DNA from: Candidatus Falkowbacteria bacterium
GTDB lineage: Bacteria > Patescibacteriota > Patescibacteriia > Patescibacteriales > UBA12465
NCBI GenBank assembly: GCA_009885285.1
Contig: VFKX01000007.1
Location: forward strand, 5,046 to 69,045
Direction: 5' to 3'
Length of the DNA: 64,000 nt
Shown here: positions 50,219 through 60,323 of the stretch, piece by piece
Layout: each line of letters starts with the position of its first letter
Position numbering within the stretch: position 1 is the stretch's first letter
Position numbers and translations under genes: made by a program
The notes under the pieces: model-generated
Told to the model about the DNA's origin: nothing
What the model saw: the letters and a program-made list of their open reading frames with translations, nothing else
Databases searched by the model: none

Positions 50219-52144
50219 CTAATTACTAACGCGATAACGCCAGAAAGCAGAGCTGCCATTGCCCTGGCGGCCGTAAAGATATCCATTGGCATAGACCAGC
50301 GATCCTCCCCACCTGACATTGGCCGGAACAGACGACAAAGCAACCCAAGTTCCAGTATCAATAGCAAAGCGCCAGAAAGAAGGGGTATTATTCCCCTGAA
50401 AAGCATAAATATAGTTGCCACCAGTATAAGCCATTGAAGATCCCGCGTTAACATTTCCTAGGGCCGGCGTCGAGGTACTCCATATGTTATTAGTAACTGA
50501 GTAATGATAAAAAATTGCGTTATTATTCCCCGCTAGAGCATAAAGGTTATCCCCTCCGGCATAAGCTAATTCGCTCCACATCAAGTTGGCCGGAGCTTGA
50601 GCTATCGTTGTCCAATTTGCCCAAGTATTTGTAGGAATAGAGTAGCGGAAGACGGTTTTCGTGCCGCCCTGTCTCACATAGATATAATCGCCGCCGCCAT
50701 AAACAGCATGACCACCGATACCAAGGTTATAATCAGCATCAGCCATGGCTGCCCACGAATTACCAGAAATAGAATAACGCCAGAATGTCTTAGTCGTATC
50801 TCCTCTAGTTACATAAATAAAGTCTCCGCCAGCATAAACAGAGGATGTATAATTCTTGAAAGTATCTGGCGCATCTGTCATACGGGTCCAAGAATTACCC
50901 GAAATAGAATAACGCCAAAACTCCTTAGTCAAGTCAGCTCCCCCGGAATAAATATAGTCGCCGCCAGTATAAACTAAGCGAGGCACGCCATTATATACAG
51001 GCGACCCTGGAATATTCGTTAAAGTCGCCCAAGCGGCCTGATTAATGCCGGAACTATACGCAATGCCCGAACCATGAATATTCGTAGCTGTCACCTTTAT
51101 CGTAATGGTTGAGCTAGCCAGTAATTGAGTCAGGGCTAGCGTAGTACCAGTAGCACCGGATATATTACTTCCATTGGATAGCCATTGATAAGCATAGCTT
51201 AAATTAGAAGGATAAGCACTCCAACTGCCAAAAGAACTGATTAAAGTTTCGCCCGCTAGCAAAGACCCACTAACTACCGGTAAGGAAGTATTTGTTGGAG
51301 ATTCTTCTCTTGATAAGAAACCGTTTTGTCCATAAATAAAGATATGTTTACCGCCGGCCGAAGATTCTGCGTTATCCGCTGCCAATTCCGCAAACATAAC
51401 TCTGGCATCAGCATGGCCATTTAAAACCGGAATAACTCGACCGATAGAATAATCTTCGCCTTCAATAATCTTGGTTCCGCTTGACCAAGTGCCTGCAACG
51501 GAACGCTCCTTCAACATAATTTCACCATCCAAAGGAAAAGATTCGGTCCGCCAATTAACCGGCCAAGGATCAGCGTAATATAATTGAATAACGCCAGTTG
51601 GCAGTAAGACAGGAGCAAAGACATCATAGCGGGCCGCAGTGGTCGCCACCACCTCCGGCGCGGACCAGCCCGCTCCAGTGTCATACATATACATGATATT
51701 AAACGGCCCAGTATTCGGCCCAACGCCAAAGAAAACATGCGCTCGATTATTACCGTCTAGAAACCATACCGGAATATCCGTTCCTTTATCCGTTCCCAAG
51801 TGCTCATAAAGCATATAATCAGCATCTGCTTCCATTCTATCCACCGGCAAGTCGGCCGCCAATGTAGACACTGAACCGTCATAACTTAAAACGTCTCCGG
51901 TGACTGTATCATAACGAAAGAAATACACATTTTCTCTTTCCGTATCGACACCTGGACTCTCTTGGGCAATAAACCAGATTTCCGTCCCGACTGCCAAAAA
52001 ATTACCAGCATAAACCCTATTAACTTGAGGTGATTCATTCAAATTAACAATAATCTCCTCAGAACCCCAAGTCGCCACTCCATTACTTAGAGATGTTGTT
52101 TTCCTTAACGCCAAGCTTGCTACCCCTCCGGAACTGCGGCGCAT
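50219..52144 (-). CDS. surface protein, C-terminal segment: Ig-like region plus six Kelch-like beta-propeller repeats
   Basis: Six tandem repeats containing FWRYSISGNSW...YAGGDxIY. There is no signal peptide of its own. It is in frame with the upstream ORF. Confidence 0.6.
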   Translation of the reverse strand: MRRSSGGVASLALRKTTSLSNGVATWGSEEIIVNLNESPQVNRVYAGNFLAVGTEIWFIAQESPGVDTERENVYFFRYDTVTGDVLSYDGSVSTLAADLPVDRMEADADYMLYEHLGTDKGTDIPVWFLDGNNRAHVFFGVGPNTGPFNIMYMYDTGAGWSAPEVVATTAARYDVFAPVLLPTGVIQLYYADPWPVNWRTESFPLDGEIMLKERSVAGTWSSGTKIIEGEDYSIGRVIPVLNGHADARVMFAELAADNAESSAGGKHIFIYGQNGFLSREESPTNTSLPVVSGSLLAGETLISSFGSWSAYPSNLSYAYQWLSNGSNISGATGTTLALTQLLASSTITIKVTATNIHGSGIAYSSGINQAAWATLTNIPGSPVYNGVPRLVYTGGDYIYSGGADLTKEFWRYSISGNSWTRMTDAPDTFKNYTSSVYAGGDFIYVTRGDTTKTFWRYSISGNSWAAMADADYNLGIGGHAVYGGGDYIYVRQGGTKTVFRYSIPTNTWANWTTIAQAPANLMWSELAYAGGDNLYALAGNNNAIFYHYSVTNNIWSTSTPALGNVNAGSSMAYTGGNYIYAFQGNNTPSFWRFAIDTGTWVALSSVPANVRWGGSLVYANGYLYGRQGNGSSAFWRYRVSN

Positions 52145-52189
52145 GAAAAGATAAATGCTATTTCCGACTACAACCGGATGAGGATAAGT

Positions 52190-53302
52190 TTATCCGCCGG
52201 TGATAGGAGTTGAAGAAGCCCAGGAGCTAAAGTCATTAGGGGCGCTGGTTACCGCATACTGCATACTGCCCCCGTGAGCACCCCCAAATAAATGACCGTA
52301 GCCTTGGTAGTCCTGAACCATAGCTGGAACGCCGTGATCATCACTGATTAAAGTTGTAATTCCACTATCAACAATCGGACCGAATGTCTCCGTGGTATGA
52401 TTATAGGTAGAAACTTGAGCCTGGCGCCGGCCATCCGCGAAAGCCTCCCAGGCAAAAACGGTAGTATCTAAAGAATTTATATAAAATGCGGCCTCCCTAA
52501 TAGATCCAAACAAAGGAATAGTAGCCCCATTGTCAGCCACCGTACCAACTTCTGAAACGCTGGGAATATGACTAGGAGTCGGACTGTCATCCTCATTCGA
52601 GGACTGAGAAGAACCGCTGGGCGGAGCATACTTAAAAGGATCGTATGATAAGCTTAAGCCGCAGGCAACTTTAATATTCTTAATATCATGACCATTGATA
52701 TTACCAGTATTCAAATAGGTATAGCATTTCTGATCTGGATGACCAGTCAAAACAGAAATATTGTAACTGGCTCCGTCGGATATCCTTGACGGAAAAACAA
52801 AGTTAGCGCCGTCACTCGGCATAATAACTAGAGAGTCTCCGTTATTATTCAACAAGGTAACCGAACCGACTAGGCCGGTAATACTACCGCCAATAGAGTA
52901 CGAAGGGGCAGTTATAGCCGCAAATGCCTGGATAGCCTTAATCACGAATTCACTAATTTTTCTTTCAGCTATTTTCCGGTTAATTATTGCTCTCGTGACT
53001 GGACCAAAGAAACCTCGGGCCGAAGTTATCCCTTGAGATTTTTGAAAAGAGGCCAAGGCCTGCTTAGTTAACGCGCCAAAATATTCAGTTTCTTTGCCAG
53101 GTGAGCCAGCACCTGATTTAGATATTAGAAAATTATTACTATTCAGGAATTTTTGCAATTCCTTAACATCAATCCGAGTATCACCCGCCTTAAAATTACT
53201 ATTAAAAACAAAAGCCTGGGCTGCCGAACCAGAGAATAGTAGCCAAGTCAGGATAATGAAAAGTATTATTTTTCTTTTTATAATCAGAGAAACTTTAAGC
53301 AT
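52190..53302 (-). CDS. surface protein, N-terminal segment: signal peptide plus peptidoglycan-binding domain
   Basis: Signal peptide (LFIILTWLLFSGSAAQA) and a PG_binding_1-like region (DVKELQKFLN...YFGALTKQALASFQKSQG). It ends at a TAA that is in frame with the next ORF. Confidence 0.6.
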   Translation of the reverse strand: MLKVSLIIKRKIILFIILTWLLFSGSAAQAFVFNSNFKAGDTRIDVKELQKFLNSNNFLISKSGAGSPGKETEYFGALTKQALASFQKSQGITSARGFFGPVTRAIINRKIAERKISEFVIKAIQAFAAITAPSYSIGGSITGLVGSVTLLNNNGDSLVIMPSDGANFVFPSRISDGASYNISVLTGHPDQKCYTYLNTGNINGHDIKNIKVACGLSLSYDPFKYAPPSGSSQSSNEDDSPTPSHIPSVSEVGTVADNGATIPLFGSIREAAFYINSLDTTVFAWEAFADGRRQAQVSTYNHTTETFGPIVDSGITTLISDDHGVPAMVQDYQGYGHLFGGAHGGSMQYAVTSAPNDFSSWASSTPITGG

Positions 53303-53325
53303 AAAGACATACTGACAGATTTGTT

Positions 53326-54351
53326 TTAATACCCCCCAAACCGCTGTAACCTCTTATTAGCCTCAATATCAAAAATGGTTTTCTTTAAGCCGTTTTCCAG
53401 AGTGACAACCGGCATCCAGCCGAGCTCATTCCTGGCCAGATGGATATCCGGTAAAACCAGCTCGCTCATGAATAAATGACTATCAGTATAAGTAATCTTT
53501 GACTGTGACTCCGTCAACATTATAATTTTATTAACAAAATCGGTCATGTTCACATCAAGATCAGAGCCAATATTAATTGGTCCGGGAACTTCAGAAGCCA
53601 TGAATTTACCGACGGCATCAATCACATCATCCACGTAACAGAATGAGGAAGAAAAATTCTCGTCGCCACTGATAACAATATCGGTATTATCCAGAGCGTT
53701 ATTAATGAAATCAGGAATCATCTGATCATCGTTAGCCGTCATCCGCGGACCGTACGTCCGGAATAATCTCATGATCCGGGCATCGACATTATACAAGGAA
53801 CGGTAATTACCGACGAAAGTCTCGGCAAAACGCTTGCCCTCGTCATAGGCGCTGCGCTCTGATAATTGATCGACTAAGCCCCAATCCCCTTCCTTGATTT
53901 CTAAATCAGGAGCGTCAACTTTGCGCGGTCCGTAAACGACAGATGATGAGAAATGCAGCAGCTTAGAATTATACTTAACAGCCATGTCGAGAAGATTCTT
54001 AATGACATAAGAGTTCGCTAAGAGAGTAGCCAAGCGATTCTCCAGAAAATGGCGGGCTGACATCGGGCAGGCCAGATTATATATTTCCTGCAAGCCCTGA
54101 AATTCAATCTTGAAGTTTTTCAATTCCGGAATCGCTTCCAAATCCAAGGGCTTGGATAAATCATAATTGATAAAAACAAAATCCGGATTAGCCAAGAGGT
54201 GATCGATATTCCGTTCATTGCCGGAAATAAAATTATCGACGCAGATAACTTTATTATTCTTGACGAGCTCATCGCAGAGATGCGAGCCGATGAATCCCGC
54301 TCCGCCGGCGACGAGGATATTCTTCTTGTCAAAGATGACTTGCTTAGGCAT
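53326..54351 (-). CDS. NAD-dependent epimerase/dehydratase (UDP-glucuronate decarboxylase / UXS-like)
   Basis: Rossmann GAGFIGSH and an extended-SDR catalytic YxxxK context. 341 aa. Confidence 0.8.
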   Translation of the reverse strand: MPKQVIFDKKNILVAGGAGFIGSHLCDELVKNNKVICVDNFISGNERNIDHLLANPDFVFINYDLSKPLDLEAIPELKNFKIEFQGLQEIYNLACPMSARHFLENRLATLLANSYVIKNLLDMAVKYNSKLLHFSSSVVYGPRKVDAPDLEIKEGDWGLVDQLSERSAYDEGKRFAETFVGNYRSLYNVDARIMRLFRTYGPRMTANDDQMIPDFINNALDNTDIVISGDENFSSSFCYVDDVIDAVGKFMASEVPGPINIGSDLDVNMTDFVNKIIMLTESQSKITYTDSHLFMSELVLPDIHLARNELGWMPVVTLENGLKKTIFDIEANKRLQRFGGY

Positions 54352-54355
54352 ATAT

Positions 54356-56389
54356 TTATTGATTATTAATTCTTATTAGACCAACATTTACGCCGCCGTT
54401 AAAGCGCTCTTCCCAAGCATAGAAAGATTCTATTAATACGCCAGTACTGCTAAAAACTCGAACATGTGGAGCCGCTCCGGCCGCGGCCGCCGTGATAATT
54501 TCAGGCAAACCATCATTATCTAAATCACCGGCTGATATGTTTACCCCGCCCTGCCAATTAATGCTATAGGCTAAAAATTGCCGCAATAAAATGCCGCGGT
54601 TACTATAGACCTTCACCATGGGGTCGCGTCCTTTTCCAGGAGTAACGATTATATCCGCGCGATTCCGATCCTTCCGGCCATTAAGACTGGCTACGGCCAC
54701 CTTAACCCCTCCACGAAATTTCTTTTCAAAAGCCAAGAACGCGCCAACAGCTTTTCCCTTATTATTAAAAATTTTAATCTGCGGTTCAGACCCGGCGCCA
54801 TAGGCGACGATAATTTCCTGATCGCCATTGCCATCGACATCGCCGGCTGCCAAATTCAAGCCCCCGCGCCAGAATTTACTGTCCGCCAAGAACTGCTTTT
54901 GCAACTGACCTCCATTATTAAAAATTTTAATATTACCAGTGCCTTTAGTTGCTTGTGCCACAGCAATTTCCATCTGCTCGTCGCCATCCAAATCCACTAA
55001 AGCCACACTCAAACCTCCTCGGAAATTTTTTTCAAACGCCAGAAAACGCTTGAGCAGCTCGCCTTGATTATTGTAAATTAAAATTTGCGGTTCAGTGGAG
55101 GCGCCCGATCCGACAATAATTTCGTCTTCGCCGTCACTATTAATATCACCGGCCACAATACTTTCCCCGCCTTTAAGATCAAGGGGAATAAATTCAACCA
55201 AATCCCCAGTCGCCGCCGTCAATTTTGCCGGACGGTTCTTGGTCGCGCTCTGTGGCGCCACAATTAAACGACCCACTCTGCTATATAATTTATCTTTAGC
55301 CATTTCCACAGCCCGATCAACATTTAGCCGGCCATTACCGAGCTGACCAGGATAGTCAGGATTAAGGCGGTTAACATTATCAGTGGAGGCGAACAAAATA
55401 TTAACAATTTCCCGGCGGCTTAATTCAGGGTTAGCTTGGGCAATCAAGGCTAAAGTGGCGGTTACCTGAGGGGCAGCCATGGACGTGCCCGACCAATAAC
55501 CGTCATAAAGCTTATTCGGATCTTCCTTAATACTACCGGCTGTCACAGCGCTAAAAAAACTAATGCCTGGCGCAATTAGGTCAACACATCTTGAACCATA
55601 ACTGGAAAACTTCGCCTTTTGATCAAGGGCATCGCTAGCGGCTACGCCAATCACCATATTTTCTCCAATCAGTTCCCCGTCATAACAAGCCGGATAAATC
55701 GGAGTTTTTTCAATATCATAACCGACACCATCTGCCTGTTCATTTCCAGCTGCTGCCACAATAATGACGCCGGCCTTATGAGCCCGGCGAATCGCTTCTT
55801 GCATGCCGTCGCTATGATTAAATGAAACGAAGCTTAAATTAATAATATCAGCGCCGTTATTAATAGCGTAATCGATCGCTCGAATCACGTTGCTTAATTT
55901 CCCCTCGCCCTTATCATTTAAAACTTTTAAAGCCATAATCTGCGCCTGCCAAGTGACGCCAGCCACACCTTCGTTATTATTACCTTGAGCGGCGATGACA
56001 CCAGCCACCATTGTCCCATGAGAAACGCCAGCTTCAGTCCAGCCAGACAAAAACTTCGGCGACGGATCAGGTAAGTTAGAAACAAAATCCCAACCGTTTA
56101 CATCGTCAATAAAACCATTGCGGTCATCATCGATACTATTGTCCGGTAATTCCCGCTTGTTATGCCAGATATTTTCTTTAAGATCGGGATGGCTAATTTG
56201 AATTCCCGAGTCAATCACGGCAATAACGATATCCGGACTGCCGGAAATCTTATCCCACGCGCTATCAGCTTTAATCTTTGATAAATACCATTGATTACCA
56301 TAGAAAAAATCGTTCGGCTTAATATTAGCCAAAACGGGCTCTGCGAAAAAGAGCGAAAGTATAAAAAAAGATGTTATGATTTTTCTCAT
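54356..56389 (-). CDS. secreted subtilisin-like (S8) serine peptidase fused to a C-terminal FG-GAP-like beta-propeller
   Basis: Signal peptide. Catalytic triad contexts D (AVIDSGI), H (HGTMVAGVIAAQG) and S (GTSMAAPQV). About seven FG-GAP repeats (GDxDGDG...EIIV). Start set at the MRKIITSFF Met. Confidence 0.8.
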   Translation of the reverse strand: MRKIITSFFILSLFFAEPVLANIKPNDFFYGNQWYLSKIKADSAWDKISGSPDIVIAVIDSGIQISHPDLKENIWHNKRELPDNSIDDDRNGFIDDVNGWDFVSNLPDPSPKFLSGWTEAGVSHGTMVAGVIAAQGNNNEGVAGVTWQAQIMALKVLNDKGEGKLSNVIRAIDYAINNGADIINLSFVSFNHSDGMQEAIRRAHKAGVIIVAAAGNEQADGVGYDIEKTPIYPACYDGELIGENMVIGVAASDALDQKAKFSSYGSRCVDLIAPGISFFSAVTAGSIKEDPNKLYDGYWSGTSMAAPQVTATLALIAQANPELSRREIVNILFASTDNVNRLNPDYPGQLGNGRLNVDRAVEMAKDKLYSRVGRLIVAPQSATKNRPAKLTAATGDLVEFIPLDLKGGESIVAGDINSDGEDEIIVGSGASTEPQILIYNNQGELLKRFLAFEKNFRGGLSVALVDLDGDEQMEIAVAQATKGTGNIKIFNNGGQLQKQFLADSKFWRGGLNLAAGDVDGNGDQEIIVAYGAGSEPQIKIFNNKGKAVGAFLAFEKKFRGGVKVAVASLNGRKDRNRADIIVTPGKGRDPMVKVYSNRGILLRQFLAYSINWQGGVNISAGDLDNDGLPEIITAAAAGAAPHVRVFSSTGVLIESFYAWEERFNGGVNVGLIRINNQ

Positions 56390-56424
56390 ATAACATCTTA
56401 ATACTAACATATTCCCATTATAAT

Positions 56425-57657
56425 TTACAGGCTCTTGATCAGATCCAAAGTCTCCTCAGCGCAGCGGCGCCAGCTAAACTTTTTAACCTGCTCCAAGCCC
56501 TTAACAATCAGGGTTTGACGCAAATCCTCGTCGGTAAAGATCCGCAACAACGCTTCCGCCATTGCCACCCTATCATGATGATCAAAATACAAAACTGCCT
56601 CACCAGCCACTTCCCGCAGCACGGGCAGGTCTGAAACAGCTGTCGGAATGCCGCAAGCCAATGCCTGCAGAACCGGAATACCGAAGCCCTCATGTTTAGA
56701 AGGAAAAACAAAGGCGGCGGCGGCATTTAAAATATAAGGTAAGTCATCTTCAGCCACCCAACCCGGCATAATAACACCATCATTTAAATCAAACTCTTCA
56801 ATAATATATTTTATCTCATCGTAGCCGAAACCGGCATCACCAATCAACACCAGTTTAGCTTTAATTTCCGGATGAGTCTCTTTCAAATAACCGAACGACT
56901 CCACGAGTGCCGGGATATTTTTCTTTTTTTCTAAACGGCCGACATACAAAAAGAATGGCGCCTCTATCGCATACTTGTCCAAAATAGCCGCCGTTTTCTC
57001 CGGCGATACTTCTAGGCGGCGATAAATCTTATCATTATAACCATTATGGATAACTCTAATCTTGTCGGCTGTAATCTTGCCAGGGTAAAGACTGAGGATA
57101 TCCTGCTTCGTAAATTCGGATACAGCAATGATTTTTTTAGCATGGCTCAAGGAAAAAGCTGTCGACCAATAAAGGTAGTCCACTGAATCACTGTGATATC
57201 GTCCGAAAGTTAAAACTTTGACTAAAAAATTTATAATATTCCTGGTGCCGACCAGGCCGGTTTTCACTTTCGTCGGCCGGTAAAGATTATGCTCCCGGAC
57301 GAAGGCGACATCATGGATAGTATTAACTGTCCGACGCGGACCGAAAAGTGGCAAGGCATGAGCCGGAATAAATAAAACATCGGGGCGCCGCCACAACATT
57401 TCTAGAGTCAAGCGGCCTAAAGTCCAAAAGGAATAAAATGGCCAATGCAAAAACTTAATTGAGAAATTCGGATTGCTCTTCACAATCGCCAGCAGTTCTG
57501 GCCGAGGCTCTTGATTCACATACAGCCAATAGATATTTTCTTTATCAATTTCCGCCAGATTCTTAATCACATAAAAAGAGTACCATTCGGTGCCGGTTTT
57601 ATGAAGCAGATTAGCGCGTGATGCATCAATGCCGATGATCATATTACTTGGTTGCAA
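56425..57657 (-). CDS. family 4 (GT-B) glycosyltransferase
   Basis: EGFGIPVLQALACGIPTAVSDLPVLREV motif region. 410 aa. Confidence 0.8.
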   Translation of the reverse strand: MQPSNMIIGIDASRANLLHKTGTEWYSFYVIKNLAEIDKENIYWLYVNQEPRPELLAIVKSNPNFSIKFLHWPFYSFWTLGRLTLEMLWRRPDVLFIPAHALPLFGPRRTVNTIHDVAFVREHNLYRPTKVKTGLVGTRNIINFLVKVLTFGRYHSDSVDYLYWSTAFSLSHAKKIIAVSEFTKQDILSLYPGKITADKIRVIHNGYNDKIYRRLEVSPEKTAAILDKYAIEAPFFLYVGRLEKKKNIPALVESFGYLKETHPEIKAKLVLIGDAGFGYDEIKYIIEEFDLNDGVIMPGWVAEDDLPYILNAAAAFVFPSKHEGFGIPVLQALACGIPTAVSDLPVLREVAGEAVLYFDHHDRVAMAEALLRIFTDEDLRQTLIVKGLEQVKKFSWRRCAEETLDLIKSL

Positions 57658-58651
57658 GAATACTGCGTTTATATGAATCTAAATTATCCAAAGCAATGCC
57701 TGTGCCTTTAGCCACGCAGAGCATGGCGTCATCGGCGACGTAAGCCGCCACTCCGGTCGTCCGGGCAATTAATTGATCGATATTGCGGAGCAAAGAGCTA
57801 CCGCCAGTCAAGACAATGCCTTTATCCATAATGTCAGCTGATAATTCAGGCGGTGTTTTCTGCAAAACTTTCTTAGCTGCCGCAATGATTGCTTCCAGTT
57901 CATTCTGAATCGCTTCAGTCACGTCATCGCTCGACACGGTCAAACTACGCGGCAGGCCGGTGACAATATCGCGGCCGCGAATTTCCAGATACAATTTATC
58001 TTCCATGTATAAGGCCGAGCCGATACTTATTTTAATCTCTTCCGCTGTCCGCTCGCCGATGGCTAAATTATATTTCTTACGAACATACTCTAAAATAGCC
58101 GCATCAAATTTATTGCCACCCACGCGGACTGAGGTCGAGGCGACGATGCCGCCCAATGAAATAACCGCCATTTCGGCAGTCCCGCCGCCGATATCAATTA
58201 CCATATGCCCAGTAGCCGAGCCGATCGGAATATCCGCGCCAATAGCCGCAGCTACCGGCTCCTTAATGATATAAGCGGCTTTGGCTCCAGCGGCGATAGT
58301 CGCTTCAATAACTGCCCGACGTTCGGTTGAAGAAATACCAGCCGGTACAGCCACCATCACCTCCGGCCGAAAAAAGCGGATGCCGCCTAAAGTCTTATTA
58401 ATAAAATACCGAATCATCGCTTCAGTCGCCCGATAATCCGCAATTACTCCGTCCTTAAGGGGACGGACCGCCATAATCGTATCCGGCGTCCGACCAATCA
58501 TATCTTTAGCCTCATTACCGACAGCCAAGATCTTCTTATCAGCGATAGAAACGGCCACCACGCTCGGCTCATTAATAACAATGCCGCGCTTAGGCAGATG
58601 GATAAGGGTGTAGGTTGTGCCGAGATCGATACCGATTCTTTTAATAAACAT
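57644..58651 (-). CDS. mreB: rod-shape-determining protein MreB, paralog 2
   Basis: Actin-fold motifs (GIDLGT, DIGGGT, LTGG). 335 aa. Confidence 0.85.
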   Translation of the reverse strand: MFIKRIGIDLGTTYTLIHLPKRGIVINEPSVVAVSIADKKILAVGNEAKDMIGRTPDTIMAVRPLKDGVIADYRATEAMIRYFINKTLGGIRFFRPEVMVAVPAGISSTERRAVIEATIAAGAKAAYIIKEPVAAAIGADIPIGSATGHMVIDIGGGTAEMAVISLGGIVASTSVRVGGNKFDAAILEYVRKKYNLAIGERTAEEIKISIGSALYMEDKLYLEIRGRDIVTGLPRSLTVSSDDVTEAIQNELEAIIAAAKKVLQKTPPELSADIMDKGIVLTGGSSLLRNIDQLIARTTGVAAYVADDAMLCVAKGTGIALDNLDSYKRSILATK

Positions 58652-58737
58652 GAGGTAAAAATTAAGAAAACTAATACTACCCTATATTAGTATTTTCAGG
58701 GGTATTAGTCAAACGACTAAATAAAGCTTTGTCAGCC

Positions 58738-59154
58738 CTATTCTTCGTAGTCCCGGTCGACAGCCTTCTCGCTAACCGAAACGATCCGTTTCACTTTTTC
58801 TGCAAATTCAAAGGTATCAAATTCTTCCTTAAAGAATACATAGTCAGCTCCGAGGTTAAGGCTGCGCTGGCGGCTATCTTCATCGCTCAAGTCAGTAAAG
58901 ATGAAAATTTGCTTATCAGTCAATTCATCGTCAGACTTTACTCTCTTGATAATTTCAAAACCATCAATTTTAGGCAAAATTAAGTCAAGAATAATGATAT
59001 CCGGTTCAAAGTCGCGAATAGTATCCATTAATTCGTCAATTTCTTCATCGCCAGTTGCACTCTCTACTTCAAACTCATCAGCGGAAAATTGCGATTCCAG
59101 TCCATATAAAAGATTCGCATCATCCTCAATGATAAAGATTTTTTTGTTGTCCAT
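58738..59154 (-). CDS. stand-alone response-regulator receiver domain (CheY-like)
   Basis: Acidic pocket (IIEDD), phospho-acceptor Asp in IIILDLILP, T and K positions. 138 aa, no output domain. Confidence 0.8.
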   Translation of the reverse strand: MDNKKIFIIEDDANLLYGLESQFSADEFEVESATGDEEIDELMDTIRDFEPDIIILDLILPKIDGFEIIKRVKSDDELTDKQIFIFTDLSDEDSRQRSLNLGADYVFFKEEFDTFEFAEKVKRIVSVSEKAVDRDYEE

Positions 59155-59265
59155 ATGTTTATTATTATTATAAATTCTACCACCAAGCTTTATTAGTCTT
59201 ATACTATTCTACCGCCTTACGCAAGCCCTCTTATCAGAAATTAGTATCTCTCAGTCCAACTCTTA

Positions 59266-60246
59266 TTACCTGATCTTAATTAAGCTGGCTTGAGCGCCGA
59301 TATGGCCGACCTTGGCGGCGGCATTCTGTAAGCTCAAATGCAAGGCTTTATCAATATCGCCTTTAAATAATACCCAGCCGGCGGCAAACGAGGAATTAAA
59401 GATATCGCCGACACCGGTCGTATCCACCCGCTTTTCTTCCTTAATGATATCGTGTTGAATAACGCGGTGACCGTCAAAGACGTAAACACCCTCACTGCCG
59501 AGAGTGATAACAACAATCTTCGGACCGAAGCTATGGATAATCCTGATCAAGCTTTCTGTATTATTTAAGGTGTCGTGATCGATATGACTGCAGCACTTCG
59601 AGTTAAGGACCAGGGCTATGGCCTCGTCTTTATTGCATGATAAGACGGTGGTCTTCTGTAAATACTTCTTAATCATATCTGCTCCACCTAAAAGCTGGGT
59701 CATGCCAGGATTCCAAAAGATATTAATATTGCCGTCCTTAACAACCGAAAATATTTTCCGTAAATTACCCAGCCAATCACCGGCCAGCGAAGCGATATAG
59801 ATATTCTTAGTCCGTTTCAGATATTCAATATCCCGCTCGCTAATGGCTAAGCCGCTATTAGCGCCCCGTTGCGCAAAAATTATTCTTTCGCCGCTCGGAG
59901 CGATAAGAATGAAGGACGAGCCGCTCTCTTCATGCTTAATCACCTGAATCAGAATATTATCAATATTATGCGACGCGAGATTTGCGATAATGAGTTCCCC
60001 GTTACGATCATCTCCGACCGGAGCCAAGCAGGCGATCTTCCAGCCGAAATTTGCGAGACAGGCAGCGGCATTAGCCGCACCGCCGCCATAGGAATAATAA
60101 AACTTATCAACCTTAATCTTTGATCCGGACTCAAAACCCAGCAGGTTTTGGCGCAAGATGTCCGATGAATTACTCACCAAGACTCCCTGATCAGTGAAGA
60201 AGGAAACATCGCGGGTGGTGCCGCCGATAGTTATGAAATCAAACAT
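59266..60246 (-). CDS. PfkB-family carbohydrate/nucleoside kinase
   Basis: FITIGG, GGGAANAA and the DTTGVGD anion hole. Start set at the MFDFITIGG Met (60246). The ORF-track start at 60321 adds 25 non-conserved residues. Confidence 0.8.
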   Translation of the reverse strand: MFDFITIGGTTRDVSFFTDQGVLVSNSSDILRQNLLGFESGSKIKVDKFYYSYGGGAANAAACLANFGWKIACLAPVGDDRNGELIIANLASHNIDNILIQVIKHEESGSSFILIAPSGERIIFAQRGANSGLAISERDIEYLKRTKNIYIASLAGDWLGNLRKIFSVVKDGNINIFWNPGMTQLLGGADMIKKYLQKTTVLSCNKDEAIALVLNSKCCSHIDHDTLNNTESLIRIIHSFGPKIVVITLGSEGVYVFDGHRVIQHDIIKEEKRVDTTGVGDIFNSSFAAGWVLFKGDIDKALHLSLQNAAAKVGHIGAQASLIKIR

Positions 60247-60323
60247 AATATGATTCGCCGAATAATTAATAAAACAAATATTTACTTGACTATAGTAGCA
60301 TAAAAGAGCAACTTTCTCCAAAA

